From positions 1,919,085 through 1,983,084 of the forward strand of contig OY820591.1 of the NCBI GenBank assembly GCA_963555985.3: 64,000 bases of DNA, read 5' to 3'. Made by a program: the position numbers and the translations under genes. Positions 39,667 through 47,959 of the stretch are shown one piece after another. Within the stretch, counting starts at the first letter, position 1. Every line of letters begins with the position of its first letter. Below the pieces are notes generated by a model. That model ran no database searches. It was not told the origin of the DNA and worked only from the letters and a program-made list of their open reading frames with translations. The DNA comes from Dehalococcoidia bacterium (GTDB taxonomy: Bacteria > Chloroflexota > Dehalococcoidia > Bin125).

Positions 39667-40434
39667 ATGGGGCGGACTTGGCGGCTGGTGTGGTTGATGG
39701 GGCTGGCGCTGGGGGCGGCGGTGGCGGCGGCTTGCGGTTCGGGTGGGGAGGAGTCTGCGGCGGCGCCGTCTCAGGCTCAGACGGAGCAGGCGCAGGTGGC
39801 GCAGGCTGCTGAGGAGGTAGCGCAGGAGGGGGAGTCGGTGGGGCCGCAGGCACCTGAGGCGGAGCCGGAGGGGGAGGAGCAGGGGGATACGGTGACGGTG
39901 GTGTCGGTGAGTTATCACAAGGGGGTGGCGGCTGAGCGGCATGTGTTGGGAGAGCCGGATGCGCCGGTGGTGATTTTGCACTTTGGGGACTTTCAGTGAC
40001 CGTTTTGCCAACGTTTCACGGCTCAGGTTGAGCCGGTGATCATTGAGCGGTTGGTGACGACGGGGATTGCGCGTTATGAGTTCCGGCAGTTCCCGGTGTT
40101 GGGCGAGCGGTCGGTCTATGCGGCGCTGGCGACGGAGTGCGCGGCGGATCAGAACGAGTTCTGGCCGCTGCATGACCGTTTCATGGCGAATGACCGGACG
40201 CTCTATACGGAGGGGGGTCTGCGGCGGCAGGCGATTGCGGAGGGGATGGACGCGGACGCGCTCTTTGAGTGCATCCGCGAGAATGCGCATCTCGAGGCGA
40301 TCCAGGCGTCGCGCGCCGAGGGTCAGCGGCGGGGGGTGACGGCGACGCCGACGATCTTTGTGAACGACGTGAAGGTGGATCCGACGCTGGAGGCGATTTT
40401 GGCGGCGGTCGCCCAGGCGGGAGACGGCTCGTAG
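39667..40434 (+). CDS. DsbA-like thiol:disulfide oxidoreductase, predicted selenoprotein (U-P-F-C; TGA 39997-39999 read as Sec)
   Basis: Track ORFs 39631-39999 and 40036-40434 share one frame with no other stop between them. Context is ..VVILHFGDFQ-TGA-PFCQRF.. The downstream half has DsbA features (..ATECAADQ.., cis-Pro loop TATPTIFVN). Signal peptide MGRTWRLVWLMGLALGAAVAAAC. A hairpin lies downstream (next feature). Confidence 0.75.
40017..40038 (+). promoter_or_regulatory. Putative bacterial SECIS hairpin for the 39997 TGA
   Basis: cggctca-ggt-tgagccg is a perfect 7-bp stem that can be extended with a bulge. It starts 20-22 nt after the U of TGA. The same sequence class follows the two paralog TGAs. 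Confidence 0.65.
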
Positions 40435-40455
40435 CGTGAAGGAGGGTGTCGAGAT

Positions 40456-41259
40456 ATGAGTGCGACGCGGACGTGGGTACTGGGGCTTGCGGTGGCCGGC
40501 GTGCTGGCGGCGCTGTCGGCGAGCGCTTGCGGCTCGCAGGGGGACGGCGAGCAGCCGGAGCAGCCGGTCAGCTATCAGGCGGGGGCGACGGAGACGACGG
40601 AGCGGCCGGATCGCCAGTCCACGGTTGCGGCCGGCCAACCGGATCAAGCCGAGCAAGCTGAGCAGAGCACGATCGATAGCGAACAAGCCGATGCGGAGCC
40701 TGAGGATGACGGCGCGGTCAGGGAAGTGCTGCGGCGTCACCGGGAGGGGTTGCAGGCGAACCGGAATGTGGTGGGCGATCCGAATGCGCCGATCACGATT
40801 GTGGAGTATTCGGACTTTCAGTGAAGCTCCTGCCGCCGGTTCGCGGCTCAGGCTGAGCCGCAGATTATCGAGGAAGTGGTGCGGACGGGGCTGGCGAAGT
40901 ATGAGTACCGGCACTTTCTGATTTTTGGGGCGCAGTCGGAGTTTGCGGCGCTGGCGACGGAGTGCGCGGGGGATCAAGGTCACTGGTGGGATTTCCACGA
41001 TGAGTACATGACGGGGAATGCGGTGCGTTATACGCGCAAGGGGGCGCTGGAGTACGCGGCTGAGCTGGGGATGGACGGTGAGGAGTTCAGTCAGTGTCTG
41101 GAGGACGGTCGTCATTTGGGCCGGATCGAGGCGATGCAGCGTGAGGCGTATGAGCGTGGGATACCGGGGACGCCGACGATCACGATTAATGGCGAGCGGG
41201 TGGGGAATTCGCCGGCGACGATCATTCGCCGGGTACGGGAGTTGGCCGGGGTGGAGTGA
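40456..41259 (+). CDS. DsbA-like thiol:disulfide oxidoreductase, predicted selenoprotein (U-S-S-C; TGA 40822-40824 read as Sec)
   Basis: Track ORFs 40456-40824 and 40876-41259 share one frame. Context is ..ITIVEYSDFQ-TGA-SSCRRF.. The downstream half has ..ATECAGDQ.. and cis-Pro loop IPGTPTITIN. Signal peptide ..LAVAGVLAALSASAC. Confidence 0.75.
40843..40861 (+). promoter_or_regulatory. Putative bacterial SECIS hairpin for the 40822 TGA
   Basis: gcggctca-ggc-tgagccgc is a perfect 8-bp stem with a 3-nt loop, starting 21 nt after the U of TGA. Confidence 0.65.
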
Positions 41260-41295
41260 GGGGGTTTTGGGGGATATGAGTGTACGGATCGCTTA

Positions 41296-41493
41296 GGGGA
41301 CCCCCCTCTGTCCCCCCGCCTTCGCGGGGGCAGGCTCTACGGGACATCTCCCCCCGCAAGGGGGGAGAGGGGAGCTGGGGTTTGGGGTTGGTAGTGCTCA
41401 CGGCGAGATACCCGCGGCAAGCGCGGGTATGACGGAGCTGTGGGCGCGGGAATGACGGAATGTGGGATTACGCGCAGGTCTCCTTGAGGGGGA
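41296..41493. repeat. Mosaic repeat cluster (A long form plus B2 plus B modules)
   Basis: ggggacccccctctgtccccccgccttcgcgggggcaggctctacgggacatctccccccgcaaggggggagagggga.. and ggcgagatacccgcggcaagcgcgggtatgacggag.. Confidence 0.85.
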
Positions 41494-41498
41494 GCGGG

Positions 41499-41705
41499 TT
41501 AGGCGGGGTCGTCTTTGGGGTGGGGGGTGTGGAGAGGGAGCGGGGTGCGCTGGGATTGTTTGCAGCGGCGGCAGCGCCAGACGACGACGATGTGGGCTTC
41601 GTAGTCGTGCTCGACGACGCTGTGGAGGGCGGGGCGGCCGTTGTGTTGGACGCTGGGGCAGTCGGGGTTTTGGCAGCGGACTTCCTGCTTGTGCGGGCCG
41701 GTCAT
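41499..41705 (-). CDS. Small zinc-ribbon protein (68 aa)
   Basis: ..VRCQNPDCPS.. and ..WRCRRCKQ.. form a CxxC..CxxC arrangement. Lies immediately downstream of the portal-like gene. Confidence 0.45.
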   Translation of the reverse strand: MTGPHKQEVRCQNPDCPSVQHNGRPALHSVVEHDYEAHIVVVWRCRRCKQSQRTPLPLHTPHPKDDPA

Positions 41706-41747
41706 TGAGGCTCCTTTGGGGATTGCGAGTTTCGGGGCGTCAGTGGA

Positions 41748-43694
41748 TCAGGGATGGGGGACGCGCTCGTCGGCGGGATCGGTGAGCGGGGAGAGCGGGG
41801 GCAGGTGGGCGCGAGTCGTGATCGAGGCCGCCGAGCTGGGTTGGGTCTTGGCGGACGGGCTGACGGTGGCGAGTTCGCGCTCGAGTTCGGCTTGCTCGCG
41901 ACGCCAGGCGCGATGCCGGGCGAGCGTTTCGGCGGCGTGCTCGTCGCCGATGTACTGCTCCAGATAGGCGCGCTGGTCAAGCGGATCGAGTGGATCATTG
42001 AGGCGGGCTCGTCCATGTTCCTGGACGGCGATGCGCTGGGCGGTGGAATAGGGATCGATCCAGACGTCGATATCGAGTTCGGCGAGTTGTTCGGGGGGGA
42101 CGCCGACGGTTTCGCTGCGGCGCACGCGCCCGTCGCCGGACTTGGCATAGGTCCAGACCGGGCCGCCGAAACCGCCCTCGGCGAGGGGCTTGGACATGAC
42201 CAGGGCCATGTTGCGCAGCATCACCCGCACCGCGCGGGCTTGATTGCGCTTGAGTTGTTGCACCTGCAAGCTGCGCGAGCCGAGCAGCAGATTGAGCGTG
42301 TGGGGTTGGGTGTTGGGGCCGATCTCGCCGCGTTCGACCGCGCCCGCGTCGGGGGCGGCGGCGATCAGTTCGTCGGCGGACATGCGCAGGAATTCAACGA
42401 AGGCGGGGTCGATCCGAAACTCGATGCGGTGCAGCGATGCGCCCTGGGGGAGGGTGCGCGCGGCGGCGGTATCGGGCGTCAGGGCGACCCGGTTGCCGTC
42501 ATCATCGGTCTGCCAGGAGCCGTCGGCGAGTTGGACCCAGTAGAGCGGGAGCGCGGTCTGTTCGGCGAGGAAGCGTCCGAGTGAACGCTCGTAGTCGTAG
42601 CCCGGCTTGACGCGATAGACGCCTTCCATCGCGGGTTCCCAACGGTAGAGCGGATCGGGATGTTCGTTGACGTCGGCCTCGGCCAGGACGAAGGGCGGCA
42701 TTTCGTAGGGATGGGGATGGGACTTGATCAAGAGCCAGCGGTCGTTGGCGGGGGCGGGGGCGGCCAGTTCGTAGTACTCGCGGCGGGTCCAGACGGAGGC
42801 GACGCGGATGCGCTCGCCCCAACCGTCCCCCGACGGTTCATCGGCCTGGGGCGCAGCGGCCGGGCTGCCGATCGCCAGTGAGGGTTCGTCACCGAGCCGA
42901 TGTAGGCGAAGCTCGATGCGGTCTTGACGGCGCACGCGATCGCGGTAGTCGAACAGAGCCAGTTCACGGAGGACGACCGCGAGTCCAAGTCCGTTGCCGG
43001 CCCCGCGATCTTCGATGAAGGCGAACTGATCGGGGCGGATGACCTCGATTTCCCAAGGGAAGCCGGCGTTGGCCTGCGCCTGCCGATCGCGGTTACGGCG
43101 GCTCGCTTCGGTTTCGATCCAGTCGGCGTCGGCGTGATCGTTGGGTTGTGCGCGGCGGAAGCGTTGTCGTTCGCCGGGGTCGCGCGGCTCCGTGTCGCGG
43201 GTTTCGGCGGGCGGATAAGCGGGCAGCCGGTCGAGCGCGCGTTGCCAGTGAAGCACGCCGAAGCAAAGGCAAACCTGTCCATAGCCGAGCGCGGCCTGGA
43301 TGTTGATGCCGCTGCGTTCCTGGAGCAGGCGCAGTCCGTGCTCAAAGACGTGTTCGAGATCGTCGGCGGCGCGGCGGGCCGCGTCGGACTGATCGGGCGG
43401 CTCGACGTGGACGCGCAAGGGATGCTCGGTCAGGCGCTGGCGGAGCTGCGCCCAGGTGCGTCGGAGCAGGTCGGTCTGCCACGGTTCGGCCTTGCTGTGA
43501 GTCTTGTCGAAGCGGGGATTGACCGCTTCGCTGTTGTAGAGGTGCTGCTCGCGGTGGAGGATGCGGTCATGCAGAACTCCGAAGCGAGTCAGCGCGCCGC
43601 CGCCGGCGCGTCCGCGTCCGCCTCCCAACTGTTCGAGGATGCGATTGAGGTCGTCCTCGGAGAGGGTGTGTGCCAAGATTCGGTTGTGCGACAT
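41748..43694 (-). CDS. Putative phage portal protein
   Basis: About 648 aa from ATG 43694; the track offers an alternative start at 43712. Size and helical/acidic pattern look portal-like, and other phage head genes are in the window. No diagnostic motif can be verified by eye. Confidence 0.5.
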   Translation of the reverse strand: MSHNRILAHTLSEDDLNRILEQLGGGRGRAGGGALTRFGVLHDRILHREQHLYNSEAVNPRFDKTHSKAEPWQTDLLRRTWAQLRQRLTEHPLRVHVEPPDQSDAARRAADDLEHVFEHGLRLLQERSGINIQAALGYGQVCLCFGVLHWQRALDRLPAYPPAETRDTEPRDPGERQRFRRAQPNDHADADWIETEASRRNRDRQAQANAGFPWEIEVIRPDQFAFIEDRGAGNGLGLAVVLRELALFDYRDRVRRQDRIELRLHRLGDEPSLAIGSPAAAPQADEPSGDGWGERIRVASVWTRREYYELAAPAPANDRWLLIKSHPHPYEMPPFVLAEADVNEHPDPLYRWEPAMEGVYRVKPGYDYERSLGRFLAEQTALPLYWVQLADGSWQTDDDGNRVALTPDTAAARTLPQGASLHRIEFRIDPAFVEFLRMSADELIAAAPDAGAVERGEIGPNTQPHTLNLLLGSRSLQVQQLKRNQARAVRVMLRNMALVMSKPLAEGGFGGPVWTYAKSGDGRVRRSETVGVPPEQLAELDIDVWIDPYSTAQRIAVQEHGRARLNDPLDPLDQRAYLEQYIGDEHAAETLARHRAWRREQAELERELATVSPSAKTQPSSAASITTRAHLPPLSPLTDPADERVPHP

Positions 43695-43852
43695 GCGAGC
43701 GCCTTTCACCACACGGGAATGGGTAGGCGCTCAATAGTGAAATGTCAGTTCGCTGATGTCAAGATAGAATGAAGGACTTGTGTTGTCTGGGATGCGTGTT
43801 CTATAGGAAGCGGACATAACGGAGTCGAAGAGGCGATATCCGCATTGGTCGC

Positions 43853-43898
43853 GGGACCGCCTCTGTCTTCGATGTCTCCCCCGCTGGGTCGAGAGAGC
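43853..43898. repeat. Degenerate family-A repeat
   Basis: gggaccgcctctgtcttcgatgtctcccccgctgggtcgagagagcgg. Confidence 0.45.
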
Positions 43899-43901
43899 GG
43901 A

Positions 43902-44855
43902 TTAGTTCTGATCGTCCAGCGCCGCCTGGACGGCCTCGATGACTGAGGCGGCGTTCGCTCCGACGCGGCGGCCGTCTACGTAGATGGCGGGAGTGCGAAG
44001 GCGGCCGCCGGGATCGCCGGCTTCGGCTCGGGCGCGGCGGGCGGCGGCGTTGATCGTGGGAACGTGGGTGTTGCGATCGAGGCAGCGTTCGAACCGGGCG
44101 GCGTCAAGCCCCAGTTGTTGGGCCAGCCAGACTGCGCCTGCGCGTTGATAGAGGCGGTGGAAGCCCTGAGGCGGGATTGGTTCGGCCCTGGTCATGTAGG
44201 TGTCGTGGAATTGCCAGAAGGCGCCTTGATCGGCGGCGCATTCGACCGCTTCGGAGACGAACTCGCTCTGCGCGTGCTGGAGGACGTGGACGAACTCGAT
44301 CCGGGCGAGTCCGCTTCTGACCACTGCTTCGATGATCTGCGGCTCAGCCTGAGTCGCGTACCGCTGGCAGAGGGGTCACAGGAAGTCGCTGTAGTCGATG
44401 ATCAGGACGGGGGCCTGGGGATGTCCGAGGAGGTTGCGGTCGTGGAGGATGCCGGCGAGTTCGCCTTCCTGGATCGCGGCCGGATCGATTTGGGCGCTCA
44501 CGGCTCCGCCGCTGTAGTAGAGGCGGCTGGAGGTTGAGAGCTCGAAGTCGGCGGCGCCCGGCAGGTTCCGTCCGCCGGCGTCGGCGGCGTAGCCGAGCCA
44601 GCGCGAGCCGTCCCAGAGCCACAAGGCGCGAACGCCTGTGGCGCGCAGGCGAGCGCCGTGCTCTCGCCACAACTCGGAGGCGGTTGCGCCGGGCGCCCAG
44701 GTTGGCCAGGCGATGCGCTGATCGCCGAAGGAGAGGTGGAGTCCGCCGGTGTCTTCGGGTCCGTGGGCGTCGGCGTGAGTGTGGAAGCCGATCGCGCCGG
44801 CAAGGATGAGCGCGCAGAGGAGGAGGCGTAGGGCGGCGGGGTTTGGGGGTGTCAC
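43902..44855 (-). CDS. DsbA-like thiol:disulfide oxidoreductase with an extra N-terminal domain, predicted selenoprotein (U-P-L-C; TGA at 44378-44376 read as Sec)
   Basis: Track ORFs 44376-44921 and 43902-44324 share one frame. Context is ..VLIIDYSDFL-TGA-PLCQRY.. The downstream half has ..AVECAADQ.. and the loop RTPAIYVDG. The start is tentatively GTG 44855, just ahead of the signal-like LRLLLCALILAGAIG; the track start lies inside a repeat. Confidence 0.7.
44339..44357 (-). promoter_or_regulatory. Putative bacterial SECIS hairpin for the 44378 TGA
   Basis: The minus strand reads gcgactca-ggc-tgagccgc, an 8-bp stem with one A/C mismatch, starting 21 nt after the U of TGA. Confidence 0.6.
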
Positions 44856-44872
44856 GGTTGGCAAGATAGCTG

Positions 44873-45046
44873 CGGGGGTTTGCCGGACCCCCGCTGTCGC
44901 TTCGTGACATCTCCCCCTCAAGGAGACTTGTGCATAAGTCGATTTTCTCCCGTCATTGCCGCGGCGGAGCGCGGCAATCTCGCTGTGCGCACGACGATGG
45001 TGCAGATAAGGGCGTCATACCCGCGGCAAGCGCGGGTATGACGAGG
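44873..45046. repeat. Mosaic repeat cluster (A short form plus B2-type hairpins)
   Basis: ..ggacccccgctgtcgcttcgtgacatctccccc.., gtcattgccgcggcggagcgcggcaat.., gtcatacccgcggcaagcgcgggtatgac. Confidence 0.8.
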
Positions 45047-45090
45047 CTTGTTGGAGAGGGGATGAGAGGGTTGCGGTTGTTGCGGGGGTC

Positions 45091-46329
45091 TTAGTTTTGG
45101 GCGACGGCGCGGACGGCGACGGTTCCGCCTTCGAGGGGGTCGGTGATTTGGCCGGCGAGGCCGGGGTGGGCGGCGGGACGGTCGAAGTTGATGGAGGCGA
45201 GGTTGGCGAGGTAGTCGTCGTACTGGCGCTGGCGCAGGTTCTTGAGCTTGTCCAGGCCGGCCTGGAGGTTTTCGAGGCCGCCGGCGAGGAGGACGATCAG
45301 GGCTTCGCGCTCGGAGGTGCTGAGGCGCATTTCCTGGACGAGGGAGGCTTCGGCGCGGAGGAAGGAGATGGGCAGGCGGCGGTCGGCGTCGGGCTTGTAG
45401 CGGTCGTACCACTCGAGGTGTCCGAGGCCGTAGTCGAGGTGGCGGCGGGAGTCGGCGGCGATGCGGGCGAAGATGTCGCGCTCGACGTCGGTCTGGGCCC
45501 ACTCGGAGGCGGACTCGAAGAGGGTGACTTCGTAGCTTTTGTAGACGACGTTGAGGGCGATGATCATGTCGGTGAAGGTGAGGCCCTGGTACCAGCCACG
45601 GTAGATTTGACCGAGTGGGGCTTGTCCGAGGCCGCCGCCGTTGATGAGGGCGCGCTTGCGGAGGACTTCGACCTTGCGTCCGGCGTCGAAGGCTTGGGTG
45701 GCGAGGAAGAGCTTGACTTCGTGGAAGCCGTAGGAGATTTCTTCGAGCCAGCGGCCGATGATCTTCTGCTCGACGAGGCCGTTGTTGCTGTAGACGGTGC
45801 AGATTTGTCCGACGGCCTTTTCGAGTTCTTCGGGCAGTTCTTCGAGGCCGTTGGCCCAGTCGAGTTCGGTGGCCGGAGTCCAGCGGGCCTTGATGGCGTC
45901 TTCGTAGAGGTCGACGGCGTTTTCGGACCAGACTTCGGCCTTGTCGAAGATGGAGTAGCCGGCGGCCATGATCTGACCGGTGGTTTCGGTGCCGCGGGGG
46001 GCGTCGTTGGGGAGTTGCCAGTTGTCTGGGACGACGCCGTAGCTGCCGATGTTGATGTCGCGCAGGCGGAGACCGTCGGGGCCGGGCGTCGCCTTCAATC
46101 CAACCTCCGCCGGAGAGTTGAAGATGTTGAAGGGGGCCTTGCCGAAGGGGTTGTCGGGATGGTTTTCGAGGAAGTCGAGCCAGCCGTTGATTTTTTCTTC
46201 GCTCAGTTCGCCCCGGGCCAGGTTCTCGACTTGCTTGTCGGTGGCTTCCGAGGCTTCGATGCGTTCGAGGAGTGCGTCGGACCAGCCAGCCTTGCGGGCG
46301 CGGACTTTGGTCATGGTGGAGAGTTGCAT
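45091..46329 (-). CDS. Ferritin-like (diiron-carboxylate fold) protein with degenerate metal ligands
   Basis: Clear paralog of the next gene: LFLATQAFDAGRKVEVLRKRALINGGGL aligns with LFLGTQLMDEARHLDVFRKRTLINGGGM, and AADSRRHLDYGLGHLEW aligns with AQDESRHLAFGVTHLKY. Both ExxH glutamates are replaced. Confidence 0.75.
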   Translation of the reverse strand: MQLSTMTKVRARKAGWSDALLERIEASEATDKQVENLARGELSEEKINGWLDFLENHPDNPFGKAPFNIFNSPAEVGLKATPGPDGLRLRDINIGSYGVVPDNWQLPNDAPRGTETTGQIMAAGYSIFDKAEVWSENAVDLYEDAIKARWTPATELDWANGLEELPEELEKAVGQICTVYSNNGLVEQKIIGRWLEEISYGFHEVKLFLATQAFDAGRKVEVLRKRALINGGGLGQAPLGQIYRGWYQGLTFTDMIIALNVVYKSYEVTLFESASEWAQTDVERDIFARIAADSRRHLDYGLGHLEWYDRYKPDADRRLPISFLRAEASLVQEMRLSTSEREALIVLLAGGLENLQAGLDKLKNLRQRQYDDYLANLASINFDRPAAHPGLAGQITDPLEGGTVAVRAVAQN

Positions 46330-46371
46330 GGGGGCTCCGGCGGTTAAACGGCTGCGGTCTTGAGGGTGTCT

Positions 46372-46513
46372 GGGGACCCCCCTCTGTCCCTACGGGACCT
46401 CTCCCCCCGCGATGCGGGGGGAAAGGGGACCTGATTTCGGGACGACTCCCTCTGCGATGCGGGGGGAGAGGGGGCTGATTTCGGGACGGTTCTCTCCGCG
46501 CTGGGGGGAGATG
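46372..46513. repeat. Family-A repeat cluster (2-3 tandem sub-units)
   Basis: ggggacccccctctgtccctacgggacctctccccccgcgatgcggggggaaaggggacctgatttcgggac.. repeated. Confidence 0.8.
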
Positions 46514-46515
46514 GA

Positions 46516-47562
46516 CTAGTTGTCTTCGCCGACGAGGGCTCGGACTTCTGGGGCGAAGCGTTCGGCGCGGTCGAGGCCGATCACTTCGAGGCGGTGGGCG
46601 TACTCGACGAACTGCTTTTTGCGCATGAGCATGACCATGTTGTAGCCCTCGTCGAGGTGTTCAATGCCGCCGCCGGAGAGGATGGCGAGGGCTTCGCCGG
46701 TGAGGGGGTTGGTGGTCAGGCTGGTCTGCTGGCTCTGGGTGAGGAGAGCTTCCTGCATGTCGAGGATGTGGTGCAGTTCTTCCTTGCGCCAGGGTTCGGT
46801 TTCGACGGTGTACTTGAGGTGGGTGACGCCGAAGGCGAGGTGTCGGGACTCGTCCTGGGCGGAGAGGCGGAAGATGCGCTTCTCGGCTTCGTTCTGGGCG
46901 ATCAGTTCGCCCATGCGGAAGAGGGTCTGGACGAAGCCCTCGCCGACGAGGTGGAGGAGGGCGGTCATTTCGGTGAAGTCGTCGGAGCTGAGCAGCTGGA
47001 CGGCGCCGATGCCGGCGCCGGACATGCCGCCGCCGTTGATGAGGGTGCGCTTGCGGAAGACGTCGAGGTGTCGGGCTTCGTCCATGAGCTGGGTGCCGAG
47101 GAAGAGCTGGGACTCGAAGAATTCGGGGTGAATCTGTTCGAGGAAGCGTCCGGGGACGTCGCCGGCGATGAATTCGACCTGAGTGAGGAAGGTGCAGAGG
47201 GTGCACATGGCGCGCTCGAGGTCGGGGGACATTTCGTCGATGGTGTCCCAGGGGATGTCGCGGGCAGAAGACCACTGGCGCTGAAGCGCCTCTTCGTAGA
47301 GCAGCATGGCGGATTCGGTCCAGACGTCGGCCTTGTTCATGTGCTGGACGCTGTTGGAGGGCGAGCGTGGGTCGGCGGCGGCGCCGCGCGGGGCCCACTG
47401 TCGCTGGCGGGCTTCGTCGCGGTCGTCGACGCCGTAGGTGAGTTGGTTGATCGTCTCCAGCGTGAGCCCTTTGCGCCCGGTCTCGATCTCCATGCCCTGC
47501 TCGGTATCGACGTTGAGCCAATCGAGGTTGATTCCGGGGAGGTCGTGCTGAATCGTGGCCAT
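46516..47562 (-). CDS. Ferritin-like diiron-carboxylate protein (putative oxygenase catalytic subunit)
   Basis: Two ExxH motifs (MDEARH, QDESRH) plus single-Glu helices. The start is set at ATG 47562, with GGAG 9 nt upstream; the track ORF starts at 47622. Confidence 0.75.
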   Translation of the reverse strand: MATIQHDLPGINLDWLNVDTEQGMEIETGRKGLTLETINQLTYGVDDRDEARQRQWAPRGAAADPRSPSNSVQHMNKADVWTESAMLLYEEALQRQWSSARDIPWDTIDEMSPDLERAMCTLCTFLTQVEFIAGDVPGRFLEQIHPEFFESQLFLGTQLMDEARHLDVFRKRTLINGGGMSGAGIGAVQLLSSDDFTEMTALLHLVGEGFVQTLFRMGELIAQNEAEKRIFRLSAQDESRHLAFGVTHLKYTVETEPWRKEELHHILDMQEALLTQSQQTSLTTNPLTGEALAILSGGGIEHLDEGYNMVMLMRKKQFVEYAHRLEVIGLDRAERFAPEVRALVGEDN

Positions 47563-47683
47563 CAGTGCGCTCCAGGTGTTCTGAGGCGGACGTCGCAGGT
47601 CCGCGGGTGGTTTGGGAGGCATGGTACATGGTCGGGTTAGTTGGTGCAGAATCGGTCTACGTGCAGCGCGCTAGACTGCGCGC

Positions 47684-47935
47684 ATGGCTCTCAGTTCGTT
47701 CAACCCACTGACGATTCTCAACGATCTCCGCGACAACGGCGTGCCCGAAGCTCAGGCTCAAGCCGTGGTCCGGGGTTATGAGCAAACCCGTGATGACCTC
47801 GTGACTAGGAAAGACATCGAGCTCCTTCAGGCAAACTTCGAGAAGATGTTCTGGCGCGGTATTGCTTTGCTGGCAGGTATGATCCTCGCGGCGACCGGCG
47901 CGATCATCGGTGCGCTTGCCGCATTTGGATCTTGA
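47684..47935 (+). CDS. Small coiled-coil protein with a C-terminal TM anchor (DUF1640/XhlA-like architecture)
   Basis: ..TRKDIELLQANFEKMFWRGIALLAGMILAATGAIIGALAAF. Same layout as the 20254 and 58930 proteins. Confidence 0.55.
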   Translation: MALSSFNPLTILNDLRDNGVPEAQAQAVVRGYEQTRDDLVTRKDIELLQANFEKMFWRGIALLAGMILAATGAIIGALAAFGS

Positions 47936-47959
47936 CGGCTCCCACCTACACTCCTCAGC

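Noticed and set aside
39997-44378. Whether the in-frame TGAs reflect a genome-wide reassignment of TGA (to Trp or Gly) rather than selenocysteine.
   Set aside because: Many well-supported genes in the window end at TGA at the expected protein length (for example the methyltransferase at 12191-12193, the capsid at 58135-58137 and the transposase at 36844-36846). All three internal TGAs align with a catalytic Cys and are followed by a dedicated hairpin.
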